DNA of 64,000 bases from Leucoraja erinacea (taxonomy: Eukaryota), in assembly GCF_028641065.1 (NCBI RefSeq), contig NC_073405.1:15376001-15440000 (forward strand), read 5' to 3'. This document shows positions 51,251 through 64,000 of this stretch, piece by piece. A program made the position numbers and the translations under genes. Numbering within the stretch: the stretch's first letter is position 1; each line of letters starts with the position of its first letter. The notes under the pieces were generated by a model. That model saw nothing but the letters and a program-made list of their open reading frames with translations. It did not search any database and was not told the origin of the DNA.

Positions 51251-53099
51251 GGTGATTCTGGGGGCACCAGGCCTTCGAAAGTCAAGCAGACTGTTTCTCC
51301 CCCTGCCACAAACATTAATGGGTCCATGCGAGTCTCCCTTTCCTACCCCGCGATGCTTTCTGAGAACAGACAACATATTCGTGCCCATGCGGCCAACAAA
51401 ATGTCTGTTTCCTCGCTGCAGGGCCAATATATCTGCTGTGTGGTGATGGATATACGAGTAGTCTTTAACATGAGTAGAGGGGAGAGACTTTCCAGCTTTG
51501 GCGGGTTAATACACCTCTTTTTGACGGTCTGGCGCTCAGCACGGAAGGTGAAGGATAGGGGGATTGTATGATGCATCAAATTAGAAAGACTAACGTTAAA
51601 CGTGCACTGGCAGCAGATCCGAAACAACCATGACACAGCAATGTAATACAGGTTTGATGTTAAGTATGCGGGGCCAGCAGAATCTGAAGCCAACATAACT
51701 GCATTGACAATAAACATGGGGAATTCTTACTAAAAACAGTTGTTGCTACCTCCAACCTAGTCTTCTGAACTGCAAATATAATAACGGAGGACAGGAAATA
51801 CTCAGTGGGTCAGGCAGCATCAGTGGAAAGAAAATAGTTAATCTTTCAGTTTGAAAGACATGTAATGAGCTAAATGTAGGCTTTGTTTGTTTATTGCCAC
51901 TGAAAACACATTTTTTATCTTAAAATATTTAGCGGTATTGAGAGCAAGCAAGTTTTTTTAATGCAATGTTACAGTATTTAAAATATTAGGGTTGTGTGGG
52001 GATTAAATGTTGGTAGTCTGATCCCAGAATAAACATATTGTTCAGAACAAGTATTGTAAGGAAGTTGTGTTTCAAAATGAGTATTGAAGTTGTTTGAGGC
52101 ATGTATGAAACCATATTAATCAGGAAAGAGAAAATAATAAGCCTGAAGGAATGAGTTTGGGGAAAGGTGAATTCAAAACTCGTTAAAAAAAATTTGAAGT
52201 CAAACCAAACTTTGAAGTAACATATCTATGTTTCTGGTAATGGCCTATTAATACATTCAATTTGGCTCTTATAACAACTTGCATTTATTCGCTGCTCTGT
52301 GTGAGAATGTGATAATGCTTCACAAGAATGTAATCAGCAAATGTTGTTATTGAGACAGATTACCAATGGCTTGGTCAGGAAGGTGGGTTTTAAAGGAGGG
52401 AAGAGCAGGACTTGGACCATACATTGTGCGTAAATGGCTTTTATTGATTTTGCATTCCCTGAGAAACAGCTTTTTTGAAGTGGTTTGAAAAAATATAATT
52501 TGGATCAGTGGCTGTATTAAAGCATTTTGAGTAGGGAGCACTTTATGGTTCAATTCCTGGGTTATGGTGTATCTTATCTCAACTTGTGTAGCATTTGGAG
52601 TCCTGCAATTGATATCAGAAATAGGAAGGTAAGATCTGAGGCAGCACTTCTCTATTACTCTCCAGTGACCCCTGCTGGAAACTATGCCTCTGGCAACAGG
52701 ATATAGGCACAGCCTTTCACCATAGAGGCTCATGTGATGGAGAATGATCATTTTAATACGGTAAAGGTTCATATATCAGCGAGAGTTGGTTCTTTCACTC
52801 TGATCAAATTACTGTTACAAAAAATGACTTTAATGTTACCTTATTGTACTTGTGTTGTTCTTTGCCTATTGATCCTGCCTTTTGTTTAGATATCATGGCA
52901 CTTGAATTAGCAGGTACTTGAATAGTTGATGGCTAGAATTCTACCAAATGCAGAATCATATGTTTCTCAAGTTGATAATATTGTTCAGACACTATTTCTG
53001 TTTTCCCTTGAACTTGGAGAATTGTTTTTGGAATAGTTACATATATAATTTGTGTGATTTCTTTCTATTTTGAATGTCATTCTAAACTTTATAAATCGT

Positions 53100-53830
53100 A
53101 AGGTTAGTAGGTAGAGAGGGGTGAGTATTTCATATGTACCTCCCGTTGTGGATCACTCGGAGTAAATTTTAAATAGTGGCAGATTGAAAAGTGCTATTTA
53201 GAGGTTTCTAGGTGTTCTTAGATCATTAAAATGCAGATACAGCAAACAATTAGGAAGGCAAATTTTATATTGGGCTTTATTGCAAGGGGATTGTGAACGT
53301 GGTAAAGATGTCTTGCTGTAATTTTACGGGTCCCTGATGAGATCACACCCAGAATATTGTATGCAGGTCTGGTTCCTCACCTAAGGATATACGTGACAGT
53401 GAGAAAATTTAACCAGATTTGTTCCTGGAATTTCAGAGGGCGGTTGGGAGTGACAAAGCAGCCTGGGCTTACTCCCTTGGGTTTACAAGAAATATGCTAA
53501 ACTTTAATGGGTCTTGACAAAGTTAGCTTGGGCTGTTTCCCCTGCCTGGCTATCTAGAGAAGGGTCACAATCACAATATTCAGAGTAGGCAGTTCAGCAC
53601 TGAGATGTAAAGAAACTTCTGAGAAGATGATGAATCTTTGGAATTCTCTATTAAACAGCCGTGGAGGCTATTGTTGTTGAGTATATTTAAGATGGGATGC
53701 AATAGATTTTTTGATATTATGTGAGTTGAGAATAAGACATGAAAATTGCATTAAGGGAAAATTTTAGTCATTATCTTATGGAATGGTTATGAAAGCTCAA
53801 ATGTCTGGGTTAATGCTATTTCTTATCGGT
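53100..53830 (+). mobile_element. Old CR1 fragment
   Basis: Degenerate match to the CR1 copies at 6013 and 56001. Confidence 0.6.
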
Positions 53831-55778
53831 GCTTACTAGAGGATGGGCATGTAGTTCATTGTGAATTTTGAGAGTGGGCAATTGAATAATTCTTCTCCAA
53901 TAAGAATGACTAAATGCGAGCATAAAGCAAATTAATTAGATTATCTTTTGTGGGTGGTTAGTGAGTTCTCGTCTTAGAATTTAGCAAGTATAAGTCTTCA
54001 CTGTCCAAAGCATTGAGATTTAAACTTGGTTTCAACTGTGCAGTCAGATTAGCTTCAAGTACATAATATTTCGGTGACCCCAGAGGAAGATAGTACTTGG
54101 TGTGAATTTAACAGATGTGAAAGGCTTCCTGTTGACCTCCTACTATGTTCTTGTTTTTAATATATACACATCCCATAAAGGCTTGCTGCAGAGGTGGTTC
54201 ACTGGTGTAGCCAATTTGTTTCTCTTTTTGATAAAGTCCAGATATTCAACTTCAGATCTGTAGTATATTGTGTGAAATTGAAACAGATTTTTGAGTTAGT
54301 TATATAAATATGATGGCAAAAATGTCCCTAATTCTACAAGTCCTTTCAAGAGGATGCTTCCATGCAAAGCATCTGGCACAAATGGCATACCCGACCGAGT
54401 GCTAAAGATCTGTCCGGATCAACTGGATTCATGGAAATCTTCAATTTCTCATTTTTGTGATTTGAGAATTCACCTGATTCAAGAGGGCATCGATTGTACT
54501 TGTAATGGTGCCCAAGAAAAGTCAGATAACCTCCATCAATGACTACCATCCAGTAACACTTGCATTCGCTGTAAGGGAGTGCTTCAAGAGATTGTTTATG
54601 ATGTGAATCAACTCTTGTCCCCAAAATGACCCTGATCTGCTTCAATTTGCCTATCATAAGATCATGTGATAGAGTAGAATTAGGCCATTGGTCCATCAAG
54701 CCTACTCCGCCATTCAATCATTAGTGCAGGCGTTCCCACCCTTTTTCGGGTGAGTGAAAGGGAGAGGGGTGGTGTGAGTGGGTGGATCTAATTGGATCGA
54801 GGGTCTGAGACTGAGCAGGTTATCTAATTAGAGGATGTAATGTTCATGCCGTCAAGTTATATGTTGGAATAATGAGGTGTTGTTTCTAATTGGAATTTGG
54901 CCTCAATCTGGCACTGGAGGAAGCAGTGAGCAGATAGGTGGGAATGCAATGAGAATTGACATTGGTACCAACCGGGAGCTCCAAGTGGCCGTGGCAGAAA
55001 GAGGACAGGTTGCCTAGTCTTGCGCTTGGTCTTGCCAATGTTGAGGCCACAGCGAGAGCACTTAAAACATTGGCTGAGATGGATGGCGATGCATGTGAAT
55101 CTCTGCATCATTTAGAAGGGGTGTTTAGTCCCCTGAAATGCAGTGAGGGTGAAGGTGTAGGGACAAATGTTCCATTCCCTATGATTGCATGAGGTGGCGG
55201 AGAGATGGGTGAGGAGGAATGAAAGAATCAGGGAGTCATGGGGAGAGTGGTTCCTGAAGAAGGTAGAAAGTCGGGGAAGATGTTGATGTGACAGGTGGTA
55301 AAATTGTGTTGTAACTGTGGAAATGTCCGAGAAAGATCAGAATATGTTAAGTAATAGATTAAACCCACTTTGGCCACTGCCAAAGGTTTTACACACATGC
55401 CATTGTTTTCAACCTCTTGCTCTTCATGAAAAATTAAATTGACTTGATCTCTGCCTATACTGTTTCTAAATTTGTCCCTTCCTTTACCTGTACCGTTGAA
55501 TGTTATAACTTGGTTTATGCTGTGTTCCATTTTTATTACCAGATTTTTCTATCTCTATTCCCATCATCAAACACCATCCTTTTTTCGTTTCAACCAAGTT
55601 TAGTCATATGTCTGATATTCCTAAATTATGAGCAGCATTTCTTGGTTAGACGTGATATATAAATGTAAGGTATTGACTTCCCATTAATTTGATTAATAAT
55701 TTACCTGCTGTAGGCATTGTATTTTGAATGGTAAAATCTTATTGTTGAATAGCCAATGTCCACTATGAAAAAAACATG

Positions 55779-55984
55779 GACACAAAATGCTGGAGTGAGG
55801 CAGCATCTCTGGATAGAAGGAATGGGTGACTGTTTCGGGTCGAAACCCTTATTCAGACTGAAGAACGATCTTGACCCATAACGTCACCCATTCTATCTCT
55901 CCCGAGATGCTGCCTGTCCTGCTCAGTTACTCCACCATTTTGTGTCTATGTTTTTAAACCAGTATCTGCTGTTCCTTCCTATAC
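55779..55984. mobile_element. Inverted Penelope terminal-repeat insert with TSD
   Basis: TSD ATGAAAAAA(A)CATG at 55765-55778 and 55985-55997; head-to-head degenerate hammerhead motifs. Confidence 0.75.
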
Positions 55985-56000
55985 ATGAAAAAACATGTTA

Positions 56001-56805
56001 CTTTGGCGGCAAAAACAAGGGAGCAGATTATTATCTCAATGGGGTTAGGTTAGGTAAGGGGGTGGTGCAGCGAGACCTGGGTGTCCTTGAACACCAGTCA
56101 CTGAAAGTTGGCATGCAGGTACAGCAGGCAGTGAAGAAAGTTAATGGAATGTTGGCCTTCATAACGAGATGATTTCAGTATAGGAGTAAAGAGGTTCTTC
56201 TGCAGTTGTTTCGGGCTCTGGTAAGATCACATCTGGAGTATTGTGTACAGTTTTGGTCTCCTAATTTGAGGAAGGGCATCCTTGTGATTGAGGCAGTGTA
56301 GCGTAGGTTCACGAGATTGATCCCTGGGATGGCAGGACTCGTATGAGGAAAGATTTAAAAGACTATGCTTGTACTCACTGGAGTTTAGAAGGATGAGGGG
56401 GATCTTATAGAAACATATAAAATTATAAAAGGACTGGACAAGCTAGATGCAGGAAAAATGTTCCCAATGTTGGGCGAGTCCAGAACCAGGGGCCACAGTC
56501 TTAGATTAAAGCGGAGGCCATTCCAAAGGTTCATTTATTGTCACATTTAAGACTGAGGTGAGAAACTTTTTCACACAGAGTTGTGAATTTGTGCAATTCC
56601 CTGCCACAGAGGGCAGTGGAGGACAAAGCACTGGATGGATTTAGGAGAGAGTTAGATAGAGCTCTAGGGGCTAAGTGGAATCAAGGGATATGGGGAGAAG
56701 GCAGGCACTGGTTATTGAATGGGGACGATCAGCCAGGATCACAATGAATGGCGGTGCTGTCTCGAAGGGCCGAATGGCCTCCTCCTGCACCAATTTTCTA
56801 TGTCT
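56001..56805 (+). mobile_element. CR1 LINE 3' fragment
   Basis: QRDLGVL..QVQQAVKKVNGMLAFI..HLEYCVQFWSPNL; CR1 3' end. Confidence 0.9.
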
Positions 56806-58739
56806 TTGGGATGTGGTTTTGCAATAGAGTTAAGGGCTGGAGTCATCTTGGCATTAATGAGGAACTTTCCCACAGATATGTTTTTGTACATGTTGAATAC
56901 AATAGATGACGGCACGCTTTTACTCCAGTTTTCTTGAGTGAGAATTGCCGTGCATTGAGGAACAAACTAGGATCAGCTGCTGTCCTAGTGATCTGGCAGC
57001 AGCTGCTTTCCCTGTTACACCAGACTTAATATGTGACAGCCCTCTTTGTTTGGTCGACTGTCTGGTCAGGGTAGAACTAGTTGTGAGATGTGATCGATAA
57101 ATGTCAGGAATTTTGCAGCAGGAGGGATGAAGACAAAAAGGAATACAGCAAGTGGAGTGTTCCTTGTTGCTTTTTTGGTCAAGTTTTTTGTTGTTGTGCC
57201 ATAGCTTTTCGGGGAGTAGATGTACAGCATTTGTCATTTCATCATTAGAAAACGGATTTGCTACCCGAACATTGTGGTTAAATAGTGCTATGACCTATAC
57301 ATATCTTACAAATAAAATAAATCGGCTCCTCTCAGATGATCAACTTTTTAGACTTATTTAAATTTCTGTGCTTGTTTTTACATGTATATTATTTGGACCA
57401 GTCTAATTGTCCAATTGTGTTCAGAATCATTTTGTATTTCTATTTATCGTGTTCAGAGTTTTGTTAAAGATTATGTGAACATTTACTTGATTTCTTTGAA
57501 TCAAGACATTTAAAGCAAACAGCAAGTACTTCCATTGGAAAAGTAGCCTGATGGTATTCAAATTACATTGGATGATATGAAACTCCAATTGTGGCACCCA
57601 TTTTATTGAATCTAAGTTAGAAGTAGTACAAAAACTGGCTGAATAAATCTAACTATCAAGGAGTGGTTGAATCAAATACACTAATTTGACAAAACCGGGG
57701 GTTTGCATTTATTGATATCGTGGTCCATCATGTACCATCAGTAGGAACAACCAAGTATGAAGTGTTTGGCCTGTCAAATAATAATTTCGTAATTAATTTG
57801 ATATTTGTACGGATCTCGAAACAAGTGATTTCAAACTAACACCACTGAGAAGATTTGGTAAATCTGTTAATTTTGAGGACAGACATTAGAAAAATCATGG
57901 AAGCTTGTTTTAAAAAGCAGACCAGTTCATGTTGCACCACAAAGTTGCCATAATGGTTTTATATTTCTTCTTAAATTCAGACGTGTTCAAATCAAACATT
58001 TGTTTGAAAATTAAGTGAAAAGTTTTAAAGTGAAAAGGAAATGTCGTAACAGTTGCTTTAACTTTGACTTTTTCCCTGTAAGCTTACTGCAGATATTGAA
58101 AACCTGATCTCTATGTACTCACTAACTTGAAACGCCTTTTAAGACTAGTGGGTATGTAGAGAAAGCAATCAATCATTACTTTGGGACGATAATGTTTATC
58201 ACCCAAGTTGATAATCTTGGTTCTCATCTAATATCTACACTTGAAATGCATGATCTATACTGTTCCACATTTTTCATATGTTGTACCTTAACGAGTCGGA
58301 GAGGCAGATCATTCTAGAACTTGGATCTCGGACACTGCAGCTGGGATGTCATGTTCTATACTGTGCCATCGTGGTCTGCCTTTACTTGGTGTTAGTGAAA
58401 TTCATAGGCCTGGCTGGTTTCTGTGATGATTACAATCTCAGGAGGAAGTGGAGCTGGCTCATCTTTTGAGCATTTTTGCCTGAATGTGCTTGCGAATGCT
58501 TCACCATTGTCTCTAATGCTTCCATGCTGGTCCTTGTATATACTCAGAACATTGTTCTTTATCTCTCCACATCATCGTCTATATTTCTCATTTCCCTTAT
58601 CCCTAATCGGACCTGAGGAGGGGTCTCGACCCAAAATGTCACCCATTCCTTCTCTCCAGGGATGCTGCCTGTCCTGCGGAGTTACTCCAGCTTTTTGTGT
58701 CCATCTCTGAGTTGACATGTCTGTTCTTGAGTCTATTCA

Positions 58740-59420
58740 ATTTAGCACAGCATAGCACGTAGGACTGTACAACTCGGGAAGAGGACCATCTGCACACAAT
58801 GTCGGTGCTGTAATGTAATTTCATCTGCATGCACATGATCCATATACCTCTATTTCCTGCACATCTGTGTCTATCGAAAAGCCTCTTAAATGCCACTATC
58901 ATTGTCCCAAGAAAAAAACACTGCGCACATCTTTTATTCTTTTCCTCGATTACACTAAAGGTACGCCCTGTCGTCTGACATTTTAACCCTGGGGGAAAAG
59001 ATTCTGACTGACTACCCTAGCCGTGCTTCTCATAATTTTATATACTTCTATCAGGTCTCCCTTCAACCTCTGAGGTTTCAAGCTAAATAATCCAAGTTTG
59101 TTCAGCTGCTCCTCGCAGCTAATACCCCTTAATCCAGGCAGCATTCTAGTAAATCTCTTCTGCACCCTCTCCAAAACCTCCATATCGTTTCTGTAATTGG
59201 GTGACCAAACTCCATGGAACGTTCCAATTGCGACCTAACCAAAGTCTTCTAGAGCTACATCATGATGTCCTGACTCTTACTCAATTCACAACCAATGAAG
59301 GCAATCCATCTTTATCACTCAACCTACTTGTGTTGCCACTTTCAGGGAGCTATGGAGCTGGACCCCAAGATCCCTCTGCACATTAATGCTGTTAAGGGTC
59401 TTGCCATCAACCGTATACCT
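58740..59420 (-). mobile_element. CR1 LINE 3' fragment
   Basis: LERVQKRFTRMLPGL..RLKGDLIEVYKIM. Confidence 0.85.
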
Positions 59421-60274
59421 TCCTCGTACAATGAAGAAAGGATTTAACCCCATTGGTTAAATCAGTCATGATCATATTGAATGTCTGAAGGGCCGAATGG
59501 CCTCCTCCTGTGCCTATTTTTCTATGTTTCTGCTAGGACAATACAGTTGTTACTTTAGCAGATATTGGACTTTGTTTCAGGAACTGTGCACTCCATTGCT
59601 GAAAACTATATTTTGGATAATTTTGTGCAATTATAAATTTTCTGTTGGAGCAGAATGAAAGGGGTAAAAATATGTTTCTCTGTAGGAGCCACTTCAGTTA
59701 TTTCCTATTTATTGCAGTTTGTCATGTGACCCTCAATTGCAGTGTTGGTAGGGAACTGATTGGTTCAGAGGCGAGTGGAACTGCTAGATATGCTAGTAAT
59801 CATGGGTCAAGTGATGCAGTTAATTTATCCTGTGCATGAAGCTAAACTGTCAGTAGCACCGGAAAAAAGAGATACATTTTGCAGAATATTGTTGACTGAT
59901 GAAATGCTGTCTCGTGGGTGGTTTAATCTGAGCAGTTATGATTGTATTGATGCCAGTTTTGTATCCATTTATGAAAAGTTTCAAATCTTCTGGGTAGTTG
60001 GCAAAAGACCAAAAGCAAGTGTGTGGTGTGGTTGCTGTGGCACAATTTCATCCTCTCTTTACAAGGCAAGTCTATAGATTTGTGGAAATAAGGGACTGCA
60101 GGTGCTGGTTTACAACAGACATAAAGTGCTTGAGCAACTCAGTGGGTTGGGCAGCATCTCCAGAGAACACTGGTAGGTGACGTTTCAGGCCTGGGCCTTT
60201 CTGCAGACTCATCATGGAGGGAGGGGAGAGGAAAAAAAGCTGGAAAAGGGGAGGGGCAGGACAAAGCCTGGTAG

Positions 60275-61303
60275 TAGCAATGTTACAAAATTTTGAGATT
60301 TAAAAAATCTAATCCCATCTGATAAAGCATAAAAATAAGTTTAATTTGACACCTAATTCACTTTCATATCTTCAGTGTTAAAAATGTTTTGGCCATTTTC
60401 ATACTCGGAAATTAGCATCTTGTTCCCTATTGCTTTTCCATTGACTTAACACAAAAGCTGTGATCGAGGACAGTCAAAAGCCCATAACTTTCTTAAAAAT
60501 TAAGAGAACTGAAAGAAATTTTCAGTTATTCTAGATTGAAGTATTCTGAAACAAATATGAAACAATCTTACTTAGATGACTTGAAATTAAAGCATATAAT
60601 TAGTTAGTTACCTAATTGTAGCTAATTACAAAATTCAATTACTAGATCTAAACATCTATCAATTTCTTAAGAATAGATTAACATTTTTAAATAGCCTAAG
60701 TGTCCAAATAACATTCACACAAGAATTCACAATATAACATGATTTTTAAATCTCATTGTCATGGATTTATAGGCCAAATGGAAGGAATTTAATGTTTAAT
60801 ACCTGTAAATTAATGGCCATTTAAATCCTCTTGCGAGTGGGTTTTTCTGGAACGCGATCATTTGGAACATTGCGGTTTGCGGTGATTTAGTCCCCATATC
60901 GGCAGGAAAAATATTATCGGTTCGTATGGGGACTAAATCACCTTTTCGCAACTTAAAATGTGAATTAAAGGCATTTTAAGGACCACTTTTATACATAAAA
61001 TAAACGGCTTTCTTTTACCTGTCCCGTACCTGAAATCCGTCGGCGTTGACGGCTTTAGAAGCTGATTTTAAAATTACTCCAGCGCTGAAATTGTCGGGTG
61101 ATTTATTTTAAAAAAAAACCACACAGAACGACCGTCGGAACGATTCTTCAGCAAAAGCTTGCACTCCAACCAAATATATTCCAGGACAAGGTAGGAAAAA
61201 AACACATTTTAAACCCCCCCCCCCTCTCAAAGGCGCCAAAATCGCGCACACGGCCAGTGGCAGAATTGCAGCGCCGCTGAAGGTAAGTATTGTAACATAC
61301 CTA
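60275..61303. mobile_element. Non-autonomous hAT-like DNA transposon inserted into a Penelope fragment (about 60090-61620, minus)
   Basis: Imperfect TIRs TAGCAATGTTACAA / TAGGTATGTTACAA; flanking duplication CTGGTAG at 60268-60274 and 61304-61310; Penelope sequence resumes on both sides. Confidence 0.7.
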
Positions 61304-61715
61304 CTGGTAGGTAATAGGGGTAAGGAGGGATTTTTGATATTTAGATGGTTGGACAAAGGCCAGAGCTGAAAATAGGTATGAGATAAAAAGTTGTGAATTG
61401 TGAAGCTCGAAGAAGGAATGTAGGTGGAAGGGAAGGGGCAGGAAGAAATAGTTGTGAGTCCAGCTGGGGTGCAGGGGAGAAGGGCGCAATATACGAGGAA
61501 AGAGGAGGAATGTAGCTACCTTGGAGAATTCAATGTTCATACCGTTAGGTTGTAAACTACCCAGGAACAATGAGGTGCTTCTCCAGTTTGTATATGGGTT
61601 CACTCTGGCAGTGGAGAAGGCCAGTCTTTAGTTTTGGTTTGCTGAAAGTAACAATAATGAATGGCAAAGAAACTTGCATAGCAATCTCTTACCGCCTTTT
61701 CTATTTTTTCTTCAG

Positions 61716-61797
61716 GTAAAGGCACTGAAAGAAAAAATTGAAGCAGAGAAGGGAAATGATGCTTTCCCAGCTACTGGGCAAAAGCTAATATATGCAG
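61716..61797 (+). CDS. RAD23: RAD23 exon 2 ([28 protein letters not shown]); gene continues beyond the window
   Basis: Acceptor ttttttcttcag, donor G|gtaaga, 82 nt. Confidence 0.93.
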
Positions 61798-62048
61798 GTA
61801 AGATGCACCTTCTCTAGTTCCTGAAAAGGTTGGGTGTTCACATGCTTAGCTATTTAGAATGTATTCACATTGATGAAAAACTAGATGTGGGGCTGAGGTA
61901 CTAAATACAAGGTGCTTGTGAATGATTGCACATTCTGTACTGACATGTCTATTTCGACATGAGAATCTTGGCAGTCTGGAAATCTCTCAGAATACCGTGG
62001 TTGCTTTGGGAACACGTTTAGTTTCAGGTTGGCACAATCTCGCCAAGA

Positions 62049-64000
62049 TAAAATAATAATAATAATATCTTTTATTGTCATTGCACGTCAGTGCAACGAG
62101 ATTTAGTATGCAGCTCCAACCGATGAAAAAGAAATAAATATAAATAAATAAGCTGTGTGTCATGACCATCCGAGGGAGACAGTCCGTGGGGGGTGGGGGG
62201 CACTCAGCAGGGCCGGTTCAGAGCCACTATAGCTCTTGGAATAAAGCTGTTTCTGAGTCTGGAGGTTCGGGCGTAGAAGGCCTTGTAACGTCTGCCGGAG
62301 GGAAGTACTTCAAACAGTCCGTTACAGTGGTGTGATAAGTCTTTATGGATGCTGACGGCCTTCCTGAGGCACCGTGTGTGGTAGATGCCCTCCAAGGCTG
62401 GTAGCTCTGTCCCAATGATCCTCTGCGCTCTGTGGACGACGCGCTGAAGAGCTCTCCTCTCCGCCTCCGTGCAGCTGAGATACCACACAGAGATGCCATA
62501 CGTTAATATGCTCTCTGTGGTGCAGCGGTAGAACGTTGTCAGCAGCTGTTGGGGCAGACCAGTCTTTTTTAATGTCCTCAGGAAGAACAGTCGTTGCTGT
62601 GCCTTCTTGACCAGCGCAGTGGTGTTGGTGGACCTCGTGAGGTCCTCAATGTGAGTGCCCAGAAACTTAAAGCTGGACACTCTCTCCACACTTTCTCTGT
62701 AAATGGCGATTGGGGCGTATTCTCCATTGTGGGACCTCCTGAAGTCAATAATCAGCTCCTTGGTCTTGGAGGTGTTTAGTGACAAGTTGTTATGTGTGTA
62801 CCAGTCCGCCAGGTTCTGCACCTCCGCCCTGTATTTTATTTCATCACCGTTGGTGATCAGCCCAATCACTGTTGTGTCGTCTGCAAACTTCACGATGGTG
62901 TTGGTGTCGAATGCAGGAACACAGCCGTGAGCGAAGAGGGAGTAGAGCATGGGGCTTAGTACACAGCCCTGTGGTGTGCCGGTGCTCGGGGTGATAGTGG
63001 AGGACAGGTGCAGGCCCAGTCTCACTGCCTGCGGTCGCTCCGTCAAAAAGTTCAGGATCCAATCGCATATCGGCGAGCTGAGGCCTAGCTGGTGGAATTT
63101 GGTGGTGAGCTTGGTGGGGATGACCGTATTGAATGCAGAGCTATAGTCAACGAAGAGCATCCTCACGTACGTGCCCTGTCAGTCCAGGTGAGTCAAGACA
63201 GTGTGAAGAGCCAGAGAGATGGCATCCTCTGTTGATCTATTTGCCCTGTATGCAAATTGATGAGAGTCCAGTGAGGCAGGGATGCTAGATTTGATATGGG
63301 AGAGGACCAGCCTTTTGAAGCACTTCATTGGGATTGGAGTTAGGGCAACCGGGCGGTAGTCGTTCAAGTTAGTGACTTTGGACTTTTTCGGCACCGGCAC
63401 CATGGTGGCTGTTTTCAGGCACTTGGGGACCGTTCATAGAGATAGATTGAAGATTCTCGTGAATACCTCCGCCAGCTGTATAGCACAGTCCTTTAGTACC
63501 CTTCCCTGTACTCCATCCGGGCCTGCAGCCTTGCATGGATTGATCCTACGCAGAGCGCACTGTACCTCCTGAGTGCTCAGTGTTAAGGCCTGTCCCTCCG
63601 CCATGGCCGGGGTTATTCCACTCCTGGTGGTGTTGCCAGTTTCGAACCGGGCAAAGAAGGTGTTCAGTTCGTTGGCCAGTCTGATATCATCCTGCCACAT
63701 GCTTCTGGTGTCCGCGGCATTGAAGTGTTCTTCTACCCTTTACCTGTGGATGTCTTTGGCCTTTTTTATGCCTTTGTTCAGGTTCGACCTGGCCGCACTG
63801 TAGGCAGAAGTATCCCTGGATTTAAAGGCATTGTTGCGTGCCCTTAGCAGATCCTGAACCTCCTTGTTCATCCAGGGCTTCCGGTTTGGGAACATCTTTA
63901 TTTGCTTGTCCACTGTGACAGTCTCCACGCAGCAGTTGATGTAGGAGAGCACAGTGGATGTGTACTCCTCCAAGTCTACCTCTGTACCACTGGTAGCCTG
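62049..64000 (-). mobile_element. Rex1/Babar LINE (RT region, frameshifted), extends beyond the window
   Basis: [61 protein letters not shown]; 3' end TGACAATAAA plus (TAT)n. Confidence 0.93.

Noticed and set aside
50639-51427. 262-aa minus-strand ORF and other ORFs over the CpG island
   Set aside because: GC-rich sequence is stop-poor; no recognisable domain; antisense to RAD23 exon 1
62204-63166. 320-aa ORF as a host gene
   Set aside because: It is the RT portion of a frameshifted Rex1/Babar LINE

Overview
Vertebrate genomic DNA. The repeat content (CR1, V-SINE, Penelope, Rex1, RTE, Tc1) suggests a cartilaginous fish, probably a skate or ray; this is inference. Four intron-containing genes can be reconstructed with consistent GT-AG sites and phases. 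(1) The last exon of a TRIM-type PRY-SPRY/B30.2 gene (+, 565-1109). (2) C19orf44 (-, 8 coding exons, 18526 to 4227, about 683 aa). (3) A complete 9-exon calreticulin of the CALR3 lineage (+, 22519-41073, 420 aa, acidic tail and KDEL), head-to-head with C19orf44. (4) The first two coding exons of a RAD23 gene (+, from 50897) with RAD23B-like sequence and exon structure but lying beside calr3, possibly a third RAD23 ohnolog. Introns and intergenic DNA are dense with transposons: a gag-deleted Gypsy element with both LTRs, two Tc1 copies (one with a nested RTE), Nimb, Rex1 and CR1 LINEs, V-SINEs, a Tc1/mariner MITE and a hAT-like element. There are also many short Penelope-terminus inserts carrying minimal hammerhead-ribozyme motifs, often as inverted pairs with their own target-site duplications. 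Most ORFs in the supplied track are spurious or transposon-derived.
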